Shown one piece after another: positions 10,833-20,242 of a stretch of DNA of 64,000 nt (position 1 is its first letter; each line of letters opens with the position of its first letter). The stretch lies in assembly GCA_024650005.2 (NCBI GenBank), contig CP122380.1, forward strand, positions 736,001 through 800,000, in the 5' to 3' direction. The notes beneath the pieces were generated by a model. It made no database searches, was not told where the DNA came from, and saw only the letters and a program-made list of their open reading frames with translations. This stretch comes from Candidatus Bathyarchaeum tardum (GTDB lineage Archaea > Thermoproteota > Bathyarchaeia > Bathyarchaeales > Bathyarchaeaceae). Both the position numbers and the translations under genes were made by a program.

Positions 10833-11390
10833 TTAATGTCTCTTCAGTTTTTCTCTATATTTTTTTCTTAGCTTGGCAATCTTTGGTGCAATAACAACTT
10901 TACAGTATCCGGCGTCTGGATGTTGGGCAAAATATTTGCTATGATATTCTTCTGCTTTGTAGAATTTTTTGAAAGGCACAACTTGGCTTACAATGGGGTT
11001 GTCCCAAACTTTTGATGCTTCAAACTCTTCAATAACTCGTTTAGATATTTCTTTTTGTTTTTCAGTATGATACAAAATAACTGAACGATACTGTGTACCT
11101 ACATCTGCTCCTTGTCGGTTCAATGTTGTGGGATCATGGGCAGTGAAAAAAATTTCCAGAATCTCCTTAAATGATATTGTAGCTGGATCAAAAGTAACTT
11201 GAACCACTTCGGCGTGTCCCGTGGTTCCTGAGCAGACTTGTTCATAGTTTGGAGCTTGTGTGGTTCCTCCCGAATATCCTGATTCAACCTTTACTACCCC
11301 CCTTATTTCTTCGAAGGCCGCTTCTAGGCACCAAAAACATCCCCCTCCTAGGGTTGCAACTTGCATATTGTTAACATGGTCGTTTTTCAT
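10833..11390 (-). CDS. msrA: Peptide-methionine (S)-S-oxide reductase
   Basis: Motifs GGCFWC, GYSGG, GHAEVV, HDPT, QYRS and AEEYH. Confidence 0.97.
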   Translation of the reverse strand: MKNDHVNNMQVATLGGGCFWCLEAAFEEIRGVVKVESGYSGGTTQAPNYEQVCSGTTGHAEVVQVTFDPATISFKEILEIFFTAHDPTTLNRQGADVGTQYRSVILYHTEKQKEISKRVIEEFEASKVWDNPIVSQVVPFKKFYKAEEYHSKYFAQHPDAGYCKVVIAPKIAKLRKKYREKLKRH

Positions 11391-11490
11391 TTCAATTATT
11401 TCTATGTGTCCACGGGCGGTTAAGTTTTCTTGTTAAACTTAAAGAATATAAGACTTGATTGCCTGAAAAGAAATCAGACGGTGAACCTTA

Positions 11491-12207
11491 TTGAAACTCT
11501 TAGTTAGTGTTGTAAACAAAACCGAAGCCGAAGACAGCATCAAAGGCGGAGCAGACATAATCGACGTTAAAAACCCTAAAGAAGGTTCACTTGGCGCCAA
11601 TTTTCCGAACGTAATTTGTGAAGTAAAGGGGGTAATGCCCAAAAATCTTGAATTAAGTGCAACTATAGGCGATTTGCCTAATTTGCCTGGAACTGCTTCT
11701 CTTGCTGCTTTGGGGGCTGCTGTTTCGGGAGCAGATTATGTTAAAGCCGGACTTTTTGGCGTAAAAACTGTTGAAGAAGCAACCACTTTGATGATTGAAG
11801 TAGTTAGAGCAGTGAAAGAATACAACTCTGACTTAAAGGTAATTGCTTCTGGATATGCAGACTTTGAAAATGTTGGATGCGTAAGCCCATTGAAACTTCC
11901 TGAAGTTGCCCATAAATCAGGGGCTGATGGTGCACTTATTGACGTTAAAGTAAAAGATGGGAAAAGTAACTTGTTCACTTTTCTAGATGATTCTCAACTC
12001 GCCACGTTTGTTACTCAAGCTCATAATTACAGTATATTGGCGGCACTTGCTGGTTCTTTGGTTCCTCAAGACATTTCACGAGTAAATCGTTTGGGGGCAG
12101 ACATAATCGGAGTCAGGGGTGCAGTTTGTACAAAAAAAGATCGCGTATCAGGTAAACTTGAACAAGAAAAAGTAGCAGACTTCGTTTTTGCTCTTAGTAA
12201 GTTGTAA
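11491..12207 (+). CDS. mfnB: (5-formylfuran-3-yl)methyl phosphate synthase
   Basis: Motifs LLVSV, DIIDVKNPKEGSLGA, SATIGD, DYVKAG, ALAGSL, IIGVRGAVC; lies in the mfn cluster. Confidence 0.92.
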   Translation: MKLLVSVVNKTEAEDSIKGGADIIDVKNPKEGSLGANFPNVICEVKGVMPKNLELSATIGDLPNLPGTASLAALGAAVSGADYVKAGLFGVKTVEEATTLMIEVVRAVKEYNSDLKVIASGYADFENVGCVSPLKLPEVAHKSGADGALIDVKVKDGKSNLFTFLDDSQLATFVTQAHNYSILAALAGSLVPQDISRVNRLGADIIGVRGAVCTKKDRVSGKLEQEKVADFVFALSKL

Positions 12208-12859
12208 TTTGAGTGCAAACCGTTTTCTTGTTTTCTAAAATATGTTTAATTCTTTCAGGATGGTTTCCATTAACTACGTAACATTTCATTTTTATTTGCT
12301 GGAGCATTTTTGGTAATGTTTTGTCAACGCTTGTTCGTTTATTCCAACTCTGCAACTCTTTAGCAGTTAACGTTTCAAAGAGCTTGCTTTTCCTTGTTTT
12401 TGGGGCTTCTAAAAAGATTCCATCCACGTCAGTTACTAAAACTAATTTTTCAGCTTGCAGCTCTCCAGCAACGTAAGCTGCTATTGAATCCGAAGTCACG
12501 TCCCACGAATTCTCCAATGGATCTTCATGAAACATGATCTGTGATGGCAAAAAAATCGGTATTTTTCCTTTTGATATCATGTTAACATCTTTTAGGTCAG
12601 AAGTAACGTAAGACTCTGAAATGGTATCTGACAAAAGCAGTCCATATTGATCCATTGCAAGTATAGCCATTTTATGAGTTACCTCGTTTGACAGTCTGTA
12701 TGTTTTGTTAATTTTTCTTACGGTATCAGCGAATTCTGCACCACCTGGAACAATGACCATTTTATGAACTTTAGCGAAATCACTTAATCGATGACACAAC
12801 TCTGTTAGGTTAGCAGGATTTTCAGAGAGGCTTCCTCCAATCTTTAAGACTGCTACCAC
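12194..12859 (-). CDS. mfnE: Amino-acid-kinase family, 5-(aminomethyl)-3-furanmethanol phosphate kinase
   Basis: Motifs KIGGSL, PGGxxFAD, HxMAILAMDQYG, SWDVTSDSIA and TDVDG. Confidence 0.85.
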   Translation of the reverse strand: MVAVLKIGGSLSENPANLTELCHRLSDFAKVHKMVIVPGGAEFADTVRKINKTYRLSNEVTHKMAILAMDQYGLLLSDTISESYVTSDLKDVNMISKGKIPIFLPSQIMFHEDPLENSWDVTSDSIAAYVAGELQAEKLVLVTDVDGIFLEAPKTRKSKLFETLTAKELQSWNKRTSVDKTLPKMLQQIKMKCYVVNGNHPERIKHILENKKTVCTQITTY

Positions 12860-13920
12860 GTTACATTTTTTCCCTCCAATCTAGTTGCAACCATAAGTGC
12901 CACCCCAACTGATGGTGAAGCAATTGAAGCATCAGCCCCCAAAATTTCATTCATGTCAATAATGTCCGTAAAGCCAAGATTTTCTGCAGCTTTTTTTGCC
13001 AAAAAGTTTCTTCCCATCCCCGTTACTACAATTTTTGTTTCCTCTTTAGATAACTTAGTTCTGTCATAAACCTGTGCCAATCCGTCAGCGATTTGTTTAA
13101 CCTGTTTTTCATAAACAAACTTTGCCATGCCCATAATTTCCTCTTCAGATAGCATGTTTGTATCTGCAGATACAACCCGCGCTAATCTAGCCATGGCTTC
13201 TTTTTTGGTTTTTCCTCTGTCATCACAAGTTTGCACTGTATACTCTGATTCTGATATGTTACCTAATATCCGATGCACATCCCCTGATTGGGCAAAAAGC
13301 TCTGAAGAAACCGGTGTTATTTTTTCTTTTACTGGAATAACGTTAACTATTGTTGCAACATTTGTCCGCAAAGACCCTGAATACACAAGTTCTCCGTTCT
13401 GGAGCTTTTCTAAATCTGTTTTACCCTTAGCAGCTACCTTTCCATTAATAACTGGAATAATGCTTGTTGTGGTGCTTCCCACATCAGTAACTATTCCGTT
13501 TTTAATTAGCTTTGAAATAAGCCAACCAGTTGCTGCCCAGTTGGCAGATGAAACTTTAAGGTAATTTTTCAAGGCATCTTTAACTGTTAGCAGATTAGTT
13601 TCAACGTCAAGAACAAAAATTGGGAATGCACCAAAAACTTTGGTTACCGAACCTAGAACGTGGTTGATTCCTTCTTTTTTTGTCTGGTATGCATCAGAAA
13701 GCTCTGCAGTTATTGTAACTCCAACGCCATCCAGTACGACAGAGTTTACCAACTTTTTATTCAGTTGATTTAAAAGTTCTGAAAGCTGCTTTCTCTCATT
13801 TTTCCATACCGGAAAATACTCTAATATTGTTTTCAGTTCGATTACTTTGCCTTCTTGGGTTTTCAGAAATGTCACCTTTGTGTTGGCACCCCCAATATCT
13901 AAACCAAGAATGTTTACCAT
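12853..13920 (-). CDS. mfnF: Hydantoinase-A-like methanofuran biosynthesis protein
   Basis: Motifs GLDIGGANTK, TAELSD, SANWAA, DVGSTTT, ELVYSGSLRT, RLARVV. SD ggtga before the ATG at 13920. Confidence 0.88.
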   Translation of the reverse strand: MVNILGLDIGGANTKVTFLKTQEGKVIELKTILEYFPVWKNERKQLSELLNQLNKKLVNSVVLDGVGVTITAELSDAYQTKKEGINHVLGSVTKVFGAFPIFVLDVETNLLTVKDALKNYLKVSSANWAATGWLISKLIKNGIVTDVGSTTTSIIPVINGKVAAKGKTDLEKLQNGELVYSGSLRTNVATIVNVIPVKEKITPVSSELFAQSGDVHRILGNISESEYTVQTCDDRGKTKKEAMARLARVVSADTNMLSEEEIMGMAKFVYEKQVKQIADGLAQVYDRTKLSKEETKIVVTGMGRNFLAKKAAENLGFTDIIDMNEILGADASIASPSVGVALMVATRLEGKNVTW

Positions 13921-13921
13921 G

Positions 13922-15145
13922 TTAATCACCTTTGTAATTGCTTAACAATCGTTTTTTCGTTTTGTAAAATGACGATTGAGCACCCTTACTAGTGTTTGAG
14001 CAAGTAACAACAAAGGTGTATGCTAATTTGTTTTCTTCAACCAGAAACGGAGGTGAAACAATTTCTTTCAGGTTATACGTTTCTGTGGTCTTCTGAGAAC
14101 TTGAAGGTAGTTCGATTTTCGAAAAAAACGTGTAACCTTTTGTTTGCACATTTTTTGGTAATCTTTTATCGACTACTGCATCAATTATTGCCTGTGCAGC
14201 ATTGAAGTTCACGACTTTTCTTAACCCAACATACGATACAGTAAGGCGAGGGTTAACTTCTATCACGATAGGTCCCTTGTTTGTTAATACCATGTCTACT
14301 CCCACATAACCCTTTAATCCGCCTAAAGTTTCAACTGCATTTTTTGCTGTAGTTAATGCTTCATGTTCTAAAGGATGTTTGAAAGGAATTGCTCCACCAT
14401 AGTATGATGAATCTTCATCGGGGGTCGTCAAAGTAACAAACTGTTGATTCAAAGTTACCGCTACTGCATTTTTTCCATCAGAAAATACACTTACACTTGC
14501 AGCTTTTCCTTTGACACGTTTTTGAACAATAAACTGTTTATTTGTGGTTTCTTGTCTGACTTTTTCTAATGCTTTTGGAATATTTTTTTCTGTTTTAACA
14601 ATGCTTAATCCAGCGCAACTAACTCCATCAAGAGCCTTAAAGATCAGAGGATAACCCAACTTTTTGATTTTGCTCTTAATGCTGCTGGGGTCGTTAGTAG
14701 TGTTTACCACAATTGTTTCAGGAACTTGTAATCCACAATTCTTCAAGGTTTCATAAGTTGTCATCTTGTTTGAAACCCGTTTTATTGCTTCAGATGAGCA
14801 ATTAAGTGATGTTCCACCCGCTTCTTCTACTGTTTTAACAATGGTTTCTAAAACTTGGTCTGATTCAGGGGCAATTACATAAACGCCGTCAACTGAACTG
14901 GAAAGCTCTCTTGCTTTCTTGTAGAAATCTTCACGAGAAGACAATGAAATTATTTTATCTGCTTTGTTAGGTAGATTAAATGCTGCTAGCCTGCTGTCTA
15001 GAAATATTGTAACGTTATGTCCTGCTGCTTTGCAGTCGCTGATTAGGCTTCGTAGCATGCTGTATCCTTCACTGAGGATGCTGCTTGAGATGGTTTGATC
15101 TGAATATCCTCCGCCAGAAATCCATTCAACTATCAAAAGGTTCAA
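13922..15145 (-). CDS. mfnD: ATP-grasp tyramine--L-glutamate ligase
   Basis: Motifs EGYSML, IAPE and GYVGVD..IEVNPRLT; lies in the mfn cluster. Confidence 0.85.
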   Translation of the reverse strand: MNLLIVEWISGGGYSDQTISSSILSEGYSMLRSLISDCKAAGHNVTIFLDSRLAAFNLPNKADKIISLSSREDFYKKARELSSSVDGVYVIAPESDQVLETIVKTVEEAGGTSLNCSSEAIKRVSNKMTTYETLKNCGLQVPETIVVNTTNDPSSIKSKIKKLGYPLIFKALDGVSCAGLSIVKTEKNIPKALEKVRQETTNKQFIVQKRVKGKAASVSVFSDGKNAVAVTLNQQFVTLTTPDEDSSYYGGAIPFKHPLEHEALTTAKNAVETLGGLKGYVGVDMVLTNKGPIVIEVNPRLTVSYVGLRKVVNFNAAQAIIDAVVDKRLPKNVQTKGYTFFSKIELPSSSQKTTETYNLKEIVSPPFLVEENKLAYTFVVTCSNTSKGAQSSFYKTKKRLLSNYKGD

Positions 15146-15185
15146 ACTATGCCCTCACTGTCTGTTTGTATTAACGTGGCTCGTA

Positions 15186-15917
15186 ATGAAAATTATTCCT
15201 GTAATTGACGTTTTAAATGGTGTTGCAGTCCATGGCATACGTGGACAAAGGAAACAATATCAGCCATTAAAAAGCTGTCTTTGTAATTCCACAGATCCTT
15301 TTGAAATTGCTGCATGCTTCGAATCGTTGGGGTTCACTACCCTATACTTAGCGGATTTGGATGCAATATTAACTAACTCGATTAATTTGAACGTGATAGA
15401 GCAGATTGTTTCAACAACAAATCTTGACTTGATGGTTGATGCAGGGACATCAGACCTAAATCGTGCTGAAGAGATATTTGGTGCAAAAGTTTCAAAGCTT
15501 GTAGTTGGCTCAGAAACTTTGAAAAACTTAGATTTTGTGCACCAAGCAATCAGCACTTTTGGCGAAAATAAGCTAATAGTCAGTGTAGACCAAAAAGAAG
15601 GAAAACTATTAAGCAAATCCAAAGAGATCTCGTCTTTGGATGTTTTTTCTTTTGTAAAAAAACTTGAGGGCATAGGCATAACCCAAATTATTTCTTTGGA
15701 TTTAGGTCGAGTAGGAACTGAATATGGAACTGATTTGAGCCTTATCCAAAAAATTATTGAAAAAACTGAACTTGAGTTGCTTGTGGGTGGAGGAATAAGC
15801 AGTCTCACTGAATTAGAAGAATTAAGAAACATCGGAGTTTTTGGAGCATTAGTTGCTACTGTGCTGCATAATGAAGGAATTTCAGTTGATGACCTAAAAA
15901 CTTCAGGCTTTTTGTAA
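15186..15917 (+). CDS. HisA/HisF-related TIM-barrel protein associated with C1-cofactor genes
   Basis: Motifs IIPVIDV, YLADLDAI, VDAG, LDLGRVG and VGGGI; divergent from mfnD. Confidence 0.8.
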   Translation: MKIIPVIDVLNGVAVHGIRGQRKQYQPLKSCLCNSTDPFEIAACFESLGFTTLYLADLDAILTNSINLNVIEQIVSTTNLDLMVDAGTSDLNRAEEIFGAKVSKLVVGSETLKNLDFVHQAISTFGENKLIVSVDQKEGKLLSKSKEISSLDVFSFVKKLEGIGITQIISLDLGRVGTEYGTDLSLIQKIIEKTELELLVGGGISSLTELEELRNIGVFGALVATVLHNEGISVDDLKTSGFL

Positions 15918-15920
15918 TTT

Positions 15921-17156
15921 TTACAGTTCCCTTTTTGTAGGTTCCTTTACCTTGAACAACGTCAAAATTAAGCATGGAATAAACAAGATTGCAGACGTCA
16001 GAAACGGAAGCTCCGGTGACACATATTCATACATTACTCCACCTGAGAGCTGTCCCAGTCCACTTAGAATGTTAAAGAAGAAGTTTGTGCTTCCAATTAT
16101 TTTTCCACGTTTTTCTCTGACTACAAAATCTGCAATTAACGCGGGATACGCACTGTTTGCTAAAATCAATGCGACGCCAAAACATAGTAAACTTATGGCA
16201 ATAATTATTGGGTTTCCATAAACAAATCCAACAAGTCCTGGAATAAAAAGAACCCATGCTACAATTAGTGGTTTTTTTCTCCCGATTTTGTCAACAATTT
16301 TGCCGCAGGGCAATGCTGTGACTACATTTACTATGGAAAACCAGGTCATTAAAATTGCCCAGTTAAGCTCGGGAATGTTTAATATTTCTGTAGCGTATAC
16401 GACTAGGTATATTGAGCACATGTACCATGCAAAATGGTAGATTGCAAAGCTGCCAAAAAGGAACAGCATCGGGTTTGATTCTGTTTTTAGGGCTTTTGTG
16501 CTTTCGATTATCGAATTCGGAATGTTTTTGATTGCGTCTTTTATTGGGTTTCCTTCAAATGTTGTTTTCAAGGTTTCTTTGAATTTTGTTCTTATTATTG
16601 CAGTTACAATAAACGCTATGGAGACTATCAGGTAACCAATCTGCATTCCCGAAATTATTCCAAACTGCACTACTAGTATGCCGGCAATTATGGGTGACGG
16701 AATTGAAATATGATGCAAAAGGTTGATGATGGAAAACCCCATGCCTCTTTTTTCAGGTGGTGTAGAATCTGCTACAAGCGCTTGCAGTGCTGGTTGGTAA
16801 ATCATGAACGTGTTTTGTAGTATTGTTGCAAGCAGGAAGAACTGCCAGTTTGGAGCAATGGCAAATAAGAAATATGTTATTGAGGTTGCGAAAGTCATTG
16901 TTACTATTAGTTTTCGCCTTCCATACTTGTCTGCAAGATAACCCCCTGGAATCTGAACCAAGGCTAACGTCACATATGCTGCAAAACCTATTATTCCAAC
17001 GATGAATGCGTTGCCGCCTAATCCTTCAATGTATTTGGGATAAAAAGTGTAAGGAATAGCTGCTGTAACAAGGATTACTGCGATAGTAACAGTGTTGACG
17101 AGTATGTTGCCTTTGATAAACGAGAACTCATCTTTGATTCTGCATCGAATTGTCAA
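15921..17156 (-). CDS. MFS transporter
   Basis: About 12 TM segments; GYLADKYGRR and GKIVDKIGRK motif-A repeats. Confidence 0.9.
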   Translation of the reverse strand: MTIRCRIKDEFSFIKGNILVNTVTIAVILVTAAIPYTFYPKYIEGLGGNAFIVGIIGFAAYVTLALVQIPGGYLADKYGRRKLIVTMTFATSITYFLFAIAPNWQFFLLATILQNTFMIYQPALQALVADSTPPEKRGMGFSIINLLHHISIPSPIIAGILVVQFGIISGMQIGYLIVSIAFIVTAIIRTKFKETLKTTFEGNPIKDAIKNIPNSIIESTKALKTESNPMLFLFGSFAIYHFAWYMCSIYLVVYATEILNIPELNWAILMTWFSIVNVVTALPCGKIVDKIGRKKPLIVAWVLFIPGLVGFVYGNPIIIAISLLCFGVALILANSAYPALIADFVVREKRGKIIGSTNFFFNILSGLGQLSGGVMYEYVSPELPFLTSAILFIPCLILTLFKVKEPTKREL

Positions 17157-17243
17157 AGAGCTTCAACTTGAAGCAAATTGCAATCACACAAAATAAACTG
17201 TTTGTAAACTTTAGTTTAATTTCTTCGAACAACCCCATTTGTT

Positions 17244-18182
17244 TTACAGGACTTCTCCTACTACATTGATGGGTTTTTGGATAAAAAACTGCAGTTCGTC
17301 TAGTTTTTCTTTGTCTACTGTTATTAAAATAACTGTAGCTGGTCCAGCAGACTTGTTTAAGTCCAGCTTGGTGTTATCGTCAAGTTTTAGTTGCCTACCA
17401 ATACTGTATGCTAACATTTTTGCTTCATGACTGATGCCAAAAGAACCAACCGGAACAATATCGTGAACAAACTTTTTTCTAGTCAATGCCGTCACATCTT
17501 TAAGGTTAGCAATTTTTCCTCTGGCTTCGGCAGGAATTACTTCATCTCCTACTTTGGGTTCACCTATAGCAACTATAAAATCTCCTGGCACTGTTTTTGC
17601 AAGCCTTAGTTCATCTTCGTTTGCCAAACCTACAACAGTTATTCCTGCACCTGTTTGTATGGTTTCAAAATTTTCTTCAGTATTTTCTTTCAAAACCTGA
17701 TTGGGTTCTAACCCTAATCCTCTGATTTCTTTTTGTATTCCTTCGATGATTTGGTTGCCCGTGGGTTCTTTTTCTACCCCTAGGGTAACTGAAACGGAAA
17801 CAGGAAACGCCCCTGTAGCGGCAACGTCCATTGATGCAACTCTCGCTAAAAATTTGCCAACTATCTCACCAGTGCTTTTTATTTTGTCCATCGGTTTGGG
17901 TCCGACTCCCCCTGATGAAGATGATCCTACGACAATTGCGTGACCGGTGGGCATTTTCATTATGGAAACATCCCCCCTTGTTACGTAGGAAATTTGAGCA
18001 GGTTTAACTCGAAATATTGTTGGGCGCAGTAAGGTTCCTACATTTTCCACGAAATGTATGTAAACAATCAGTGCTTGTCTAATGATTTCTGATCTGCTAA
18101 GGTCGTGCCGCTTTGCTAGTTTTTCTAAATCTTTCACTACGTTACTGGGTAACCGAACATTTACAACATCCATTTCAGGCAA
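17244..18182 (-). CDS. RHH (CopG-like) domain fused to a PurM/CblS-like domain; putative transcription regulator
   Basis: N-terminus VVNVRLP..DLEKLAKRHDLSRSEIIRQAL; the remainder is paralogous to 18779-19546. Confidence 0.8.
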   Translation of the reverse strand: MPEMDVVNVRLPSNVVKDLEKLAKRHDLSRSEIIRQALIVYIHFVENVGTLLRPTIFRVKPAQISYVTRGDVSIMKMPTGHAIVVGSSSSGGVGPKPMDKIKSTGEIVGKFLARVASMDVAATGAFPVSVSVTLGVEKEPTGNQIIEGIQKEIRGLGLEPNQVLKENTEENFETIQTGAGITVVGLANEDELRLAKTVPGDFIVAIGEPKVGDEVIPAEARGKIANLKDVTALTRKKFVHDIVPVGSFGISHEAKMLAYSIGRQLKLDDNTKLDLNKSAGPATVILITVDKEKLDELQFFIQKPINVVGEVL

Positions 18183-18263
18183 CTCACACTACATTTGTAA
18201 TACGTAAACGAAGGTTTTTATCTGTTATTTTTTCTTTCCATCAACCAAGATGGAGAACTAAAC

Positions 18264-18782
18264 ATGAATAATCAATCAAACTCAAATAATACAAAAAAAG
18301 TTTCAAGCGCTTTACGTGTTGCGCGAATATCAATCTTTACTGCACTTAGTGTTATTGGCTCTTTCATTTCTCCTTATCCTGTTATTCCAACAATAGCTCT
18401 AGATTCTAGTCCCGGATTCTTTGCTGCACTTTACTTTGGAGTAATCGACGGTTTACTGATTACTGGACTTGGACACATAGTAACAGCAGTAGTAAACGGG
18501 TTTCCATTAGGCACCTTACATTATATTATAGCCATAGGAATGGCATTAGCTGGTGGAGCAATGGGTCTAGTAAATAAATCAAACAAGAAATGGGGATTCA
18601 TACCAGGTGCAGCTGCAGCAGTGGCAATTAATACAGTTCTTTCAGTAATTATGGTTCCAACAATAGGCTGGGCAGCAACAATCACAAACGTAACTATTCC
18701 ATTATTGTTGGCAGCTAGCTTAAACGCAGCAATCGCAGCGATATTGTATGTTGCAGTTAGAAACAGAAGGATTACAACATGA
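18264..18782 (+). CDS. cblT: ECF transporter S-component, alpha-ribazole transporter-like
   Basis: Multiple hydrophobic TM segments; TIALDSSPGF, GHIVTA..GFPLG and H motifs; stop overlaps the cblS start. Confidence 0.75.
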   Translation: MNNQSNSNNTKKVSSALRVARISIFTALSVIGSFISPYPVIPTIALDSSPGFFAALYFGVIDGLLITGLGHIVTAVVNGFPLGTLHYIIAIGMALAGGAMGLVNKSNKKWGFIPGAAAAVAINTVLSVIMVPTIGWAATITNVTIPLLLAASLNAAIAAILYVAVRNRRITT

Positions 18783-19546
18783 GCAAAAGTTCATTTTGTC
18801 CAAAAGCCATCAAAACTGCTCGTGATGTCTCAGTTTTTGAGATCAATAATAACTCAGTTATGGTTATAGGATGTGATTCTGCAGGCGGAATTGGACCTAA
18901 ACCTTTAGACAAAGTCAAAGTAAGCGGTTTCACCCTTGGCAGGTTCACTGCAAGGGTGGCTCTAATGGAAGTTTTGGCTGTTGGGGCAACACCTGTTTGT
19001 TTAACTAACACGTTAGGTGTTGAACCTGACCCAACCGGCTCGGAAATTGTTGAAGGTATAAACAACGAAGTCAAACTTGCTCAATTGGATGATTCTTTGG
19101 TTGTAATTGGAAGCATGGAAAAAACTGTTCCTGTAGAACAAACAGGTATTGGGGTTACAGTTGTTGGTTTAGCGCACAAAAACAAGCTAAAAATTGGTTT
19201 GTCTCACCCTGATAATTTAATTATTGCAATTGGTTGCCCTAGTGTGAAAAATGAAGTTTTACCCGCAGAAAAACGTGGTGAAATTGTAGACTTAAAGGAC
19301 TTGCTTAGGTTGATTAATTCTGACTTTGTTAATGAAGTGATTCCTGTCGGATCCCAGGGTATATTGCATGAAGTAAATGTGCTTTCACAAGATTCAGGCT
19401 TATCTGCTAAGTTAGATTTGCCTGAAATTGATTTTAAAAAATCTGCAGGTCCAGCAACTGCAGTTTTGGCAGCTATAGAAAAAAATCATTTAAATCAACT
19501 TTCGAGCCTGATAAATAAGCCAATGCGTGTAATCGGATCATTTTGA
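18779..19546 (+). CDS. cblS: Alpha-ribazole kinase-like (PurM/AIR synthase-related)
   Basis: Motifs RDV, GCDSAGGIGPK..D, RVALME, QTGIGVTVVG, PVGSQGI and KSAGPAT. Confidence 0.78.
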   Translation: MSKSSFCPKAIKTARDVSVFEINNNSVMVIGCDSAGGIGPKPLDKVKVSGFTLGRFTARVALMEVLAVGATPVCLTNTLGVEPDPTGSEIVEGINNEVKLAQLDDSLVVIGSMEKTVPVEQTGIGVTVVGLAHKNKLKIGLSHPDNLIIAIGCPSVKNEVLPAEKRGEIVDLKDLLRLINSDFVNEVIPVGSQGILHEVNVLSQDSGLSAKLDLPEIDFKKSAGPATAVLAAIEKNHLNQLSSLINKPMRVIGSF

Positions 19547-19904
19547 TTTTAATTCCGCTAAATATCTTTGTTTATTGGTTTACACCTGATTTTTGACTTT
19601 TTAACGGTTTTTTGCAAGATGCCTATTTTGTTTGAATTGTGCTTATTTTGTCATTTTTATGGTAATATTCGCTTTTTTACTGGGCAAATTTCCTGAATAT
19701 GTGATTGTGTTTTTTTGAAAGAAATGCTGTTTTAACATCGAACATAATATTCTAGTATATCTTAGTGACTTAACAATCCTTTTAGGTAAAACCGTTGTAA
19801 GTAGCTGTCTGCTCACATAATGGAAAGACATGATTTTTGGTCATTCAAAGCTGGAAATTATGCTCCTTTATGTGCTGTTCAAAAATGCCGAGGTTTAACA
19901 AAAA

Positions 19905-20207
19905 ATGCGAAGATCGAAAATGGAAATGTACATCGATATCGTTAAAGTCATGGCACAAAATGGACCGATGAAACTAACTCACATTATGTACAAAGCTAAC
20001 GTTAACTGCAGTGTCCTGAAAGGGACTCTAGATTTTCTTCTTCAACAAAATCTAGTTGAAGAACAGATCACAGTCAAGAAACGAAACCAAACCAAAATTC
20101 GTTATGCAGTAACTGAAAAAGGAATGACAGTACTCAAATACTTCAACAAAGTCGACGAAGCCCTTCAACTAACTGAAGACGCAAGCCTTCCAATGCTGAT
20201 TCGTTAA
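19905..20207 (+). CDS. Archaeal winged-HTH protein
   Basis: RRSKMEMYIDIV..THIMYKANVN..YAVTEKG pattern. Confidence 0.85.
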   Translation: MRRSKMEMYIDIVKVMAQNGPMKLTHIMYKANVNCSVLKGTLDFLLQQNLVEEQITVKKRNQTKIRYAVTEKGMTVLKYFNKVDEALQLTEDASLPMLIR

Positions 20208-20242
20208 AACAAAAAAAGGTTTTTTTAAGCGCCTTTTGGCGC

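Noticed and set aside
15260-15832. Long antisense ORFs (also 29974-30522, 35642-36124, 55960-56376, 56270-56797)
   Set aside because: They are shadows of well-supported genes on the opposite strand and have no recognisable motifs.
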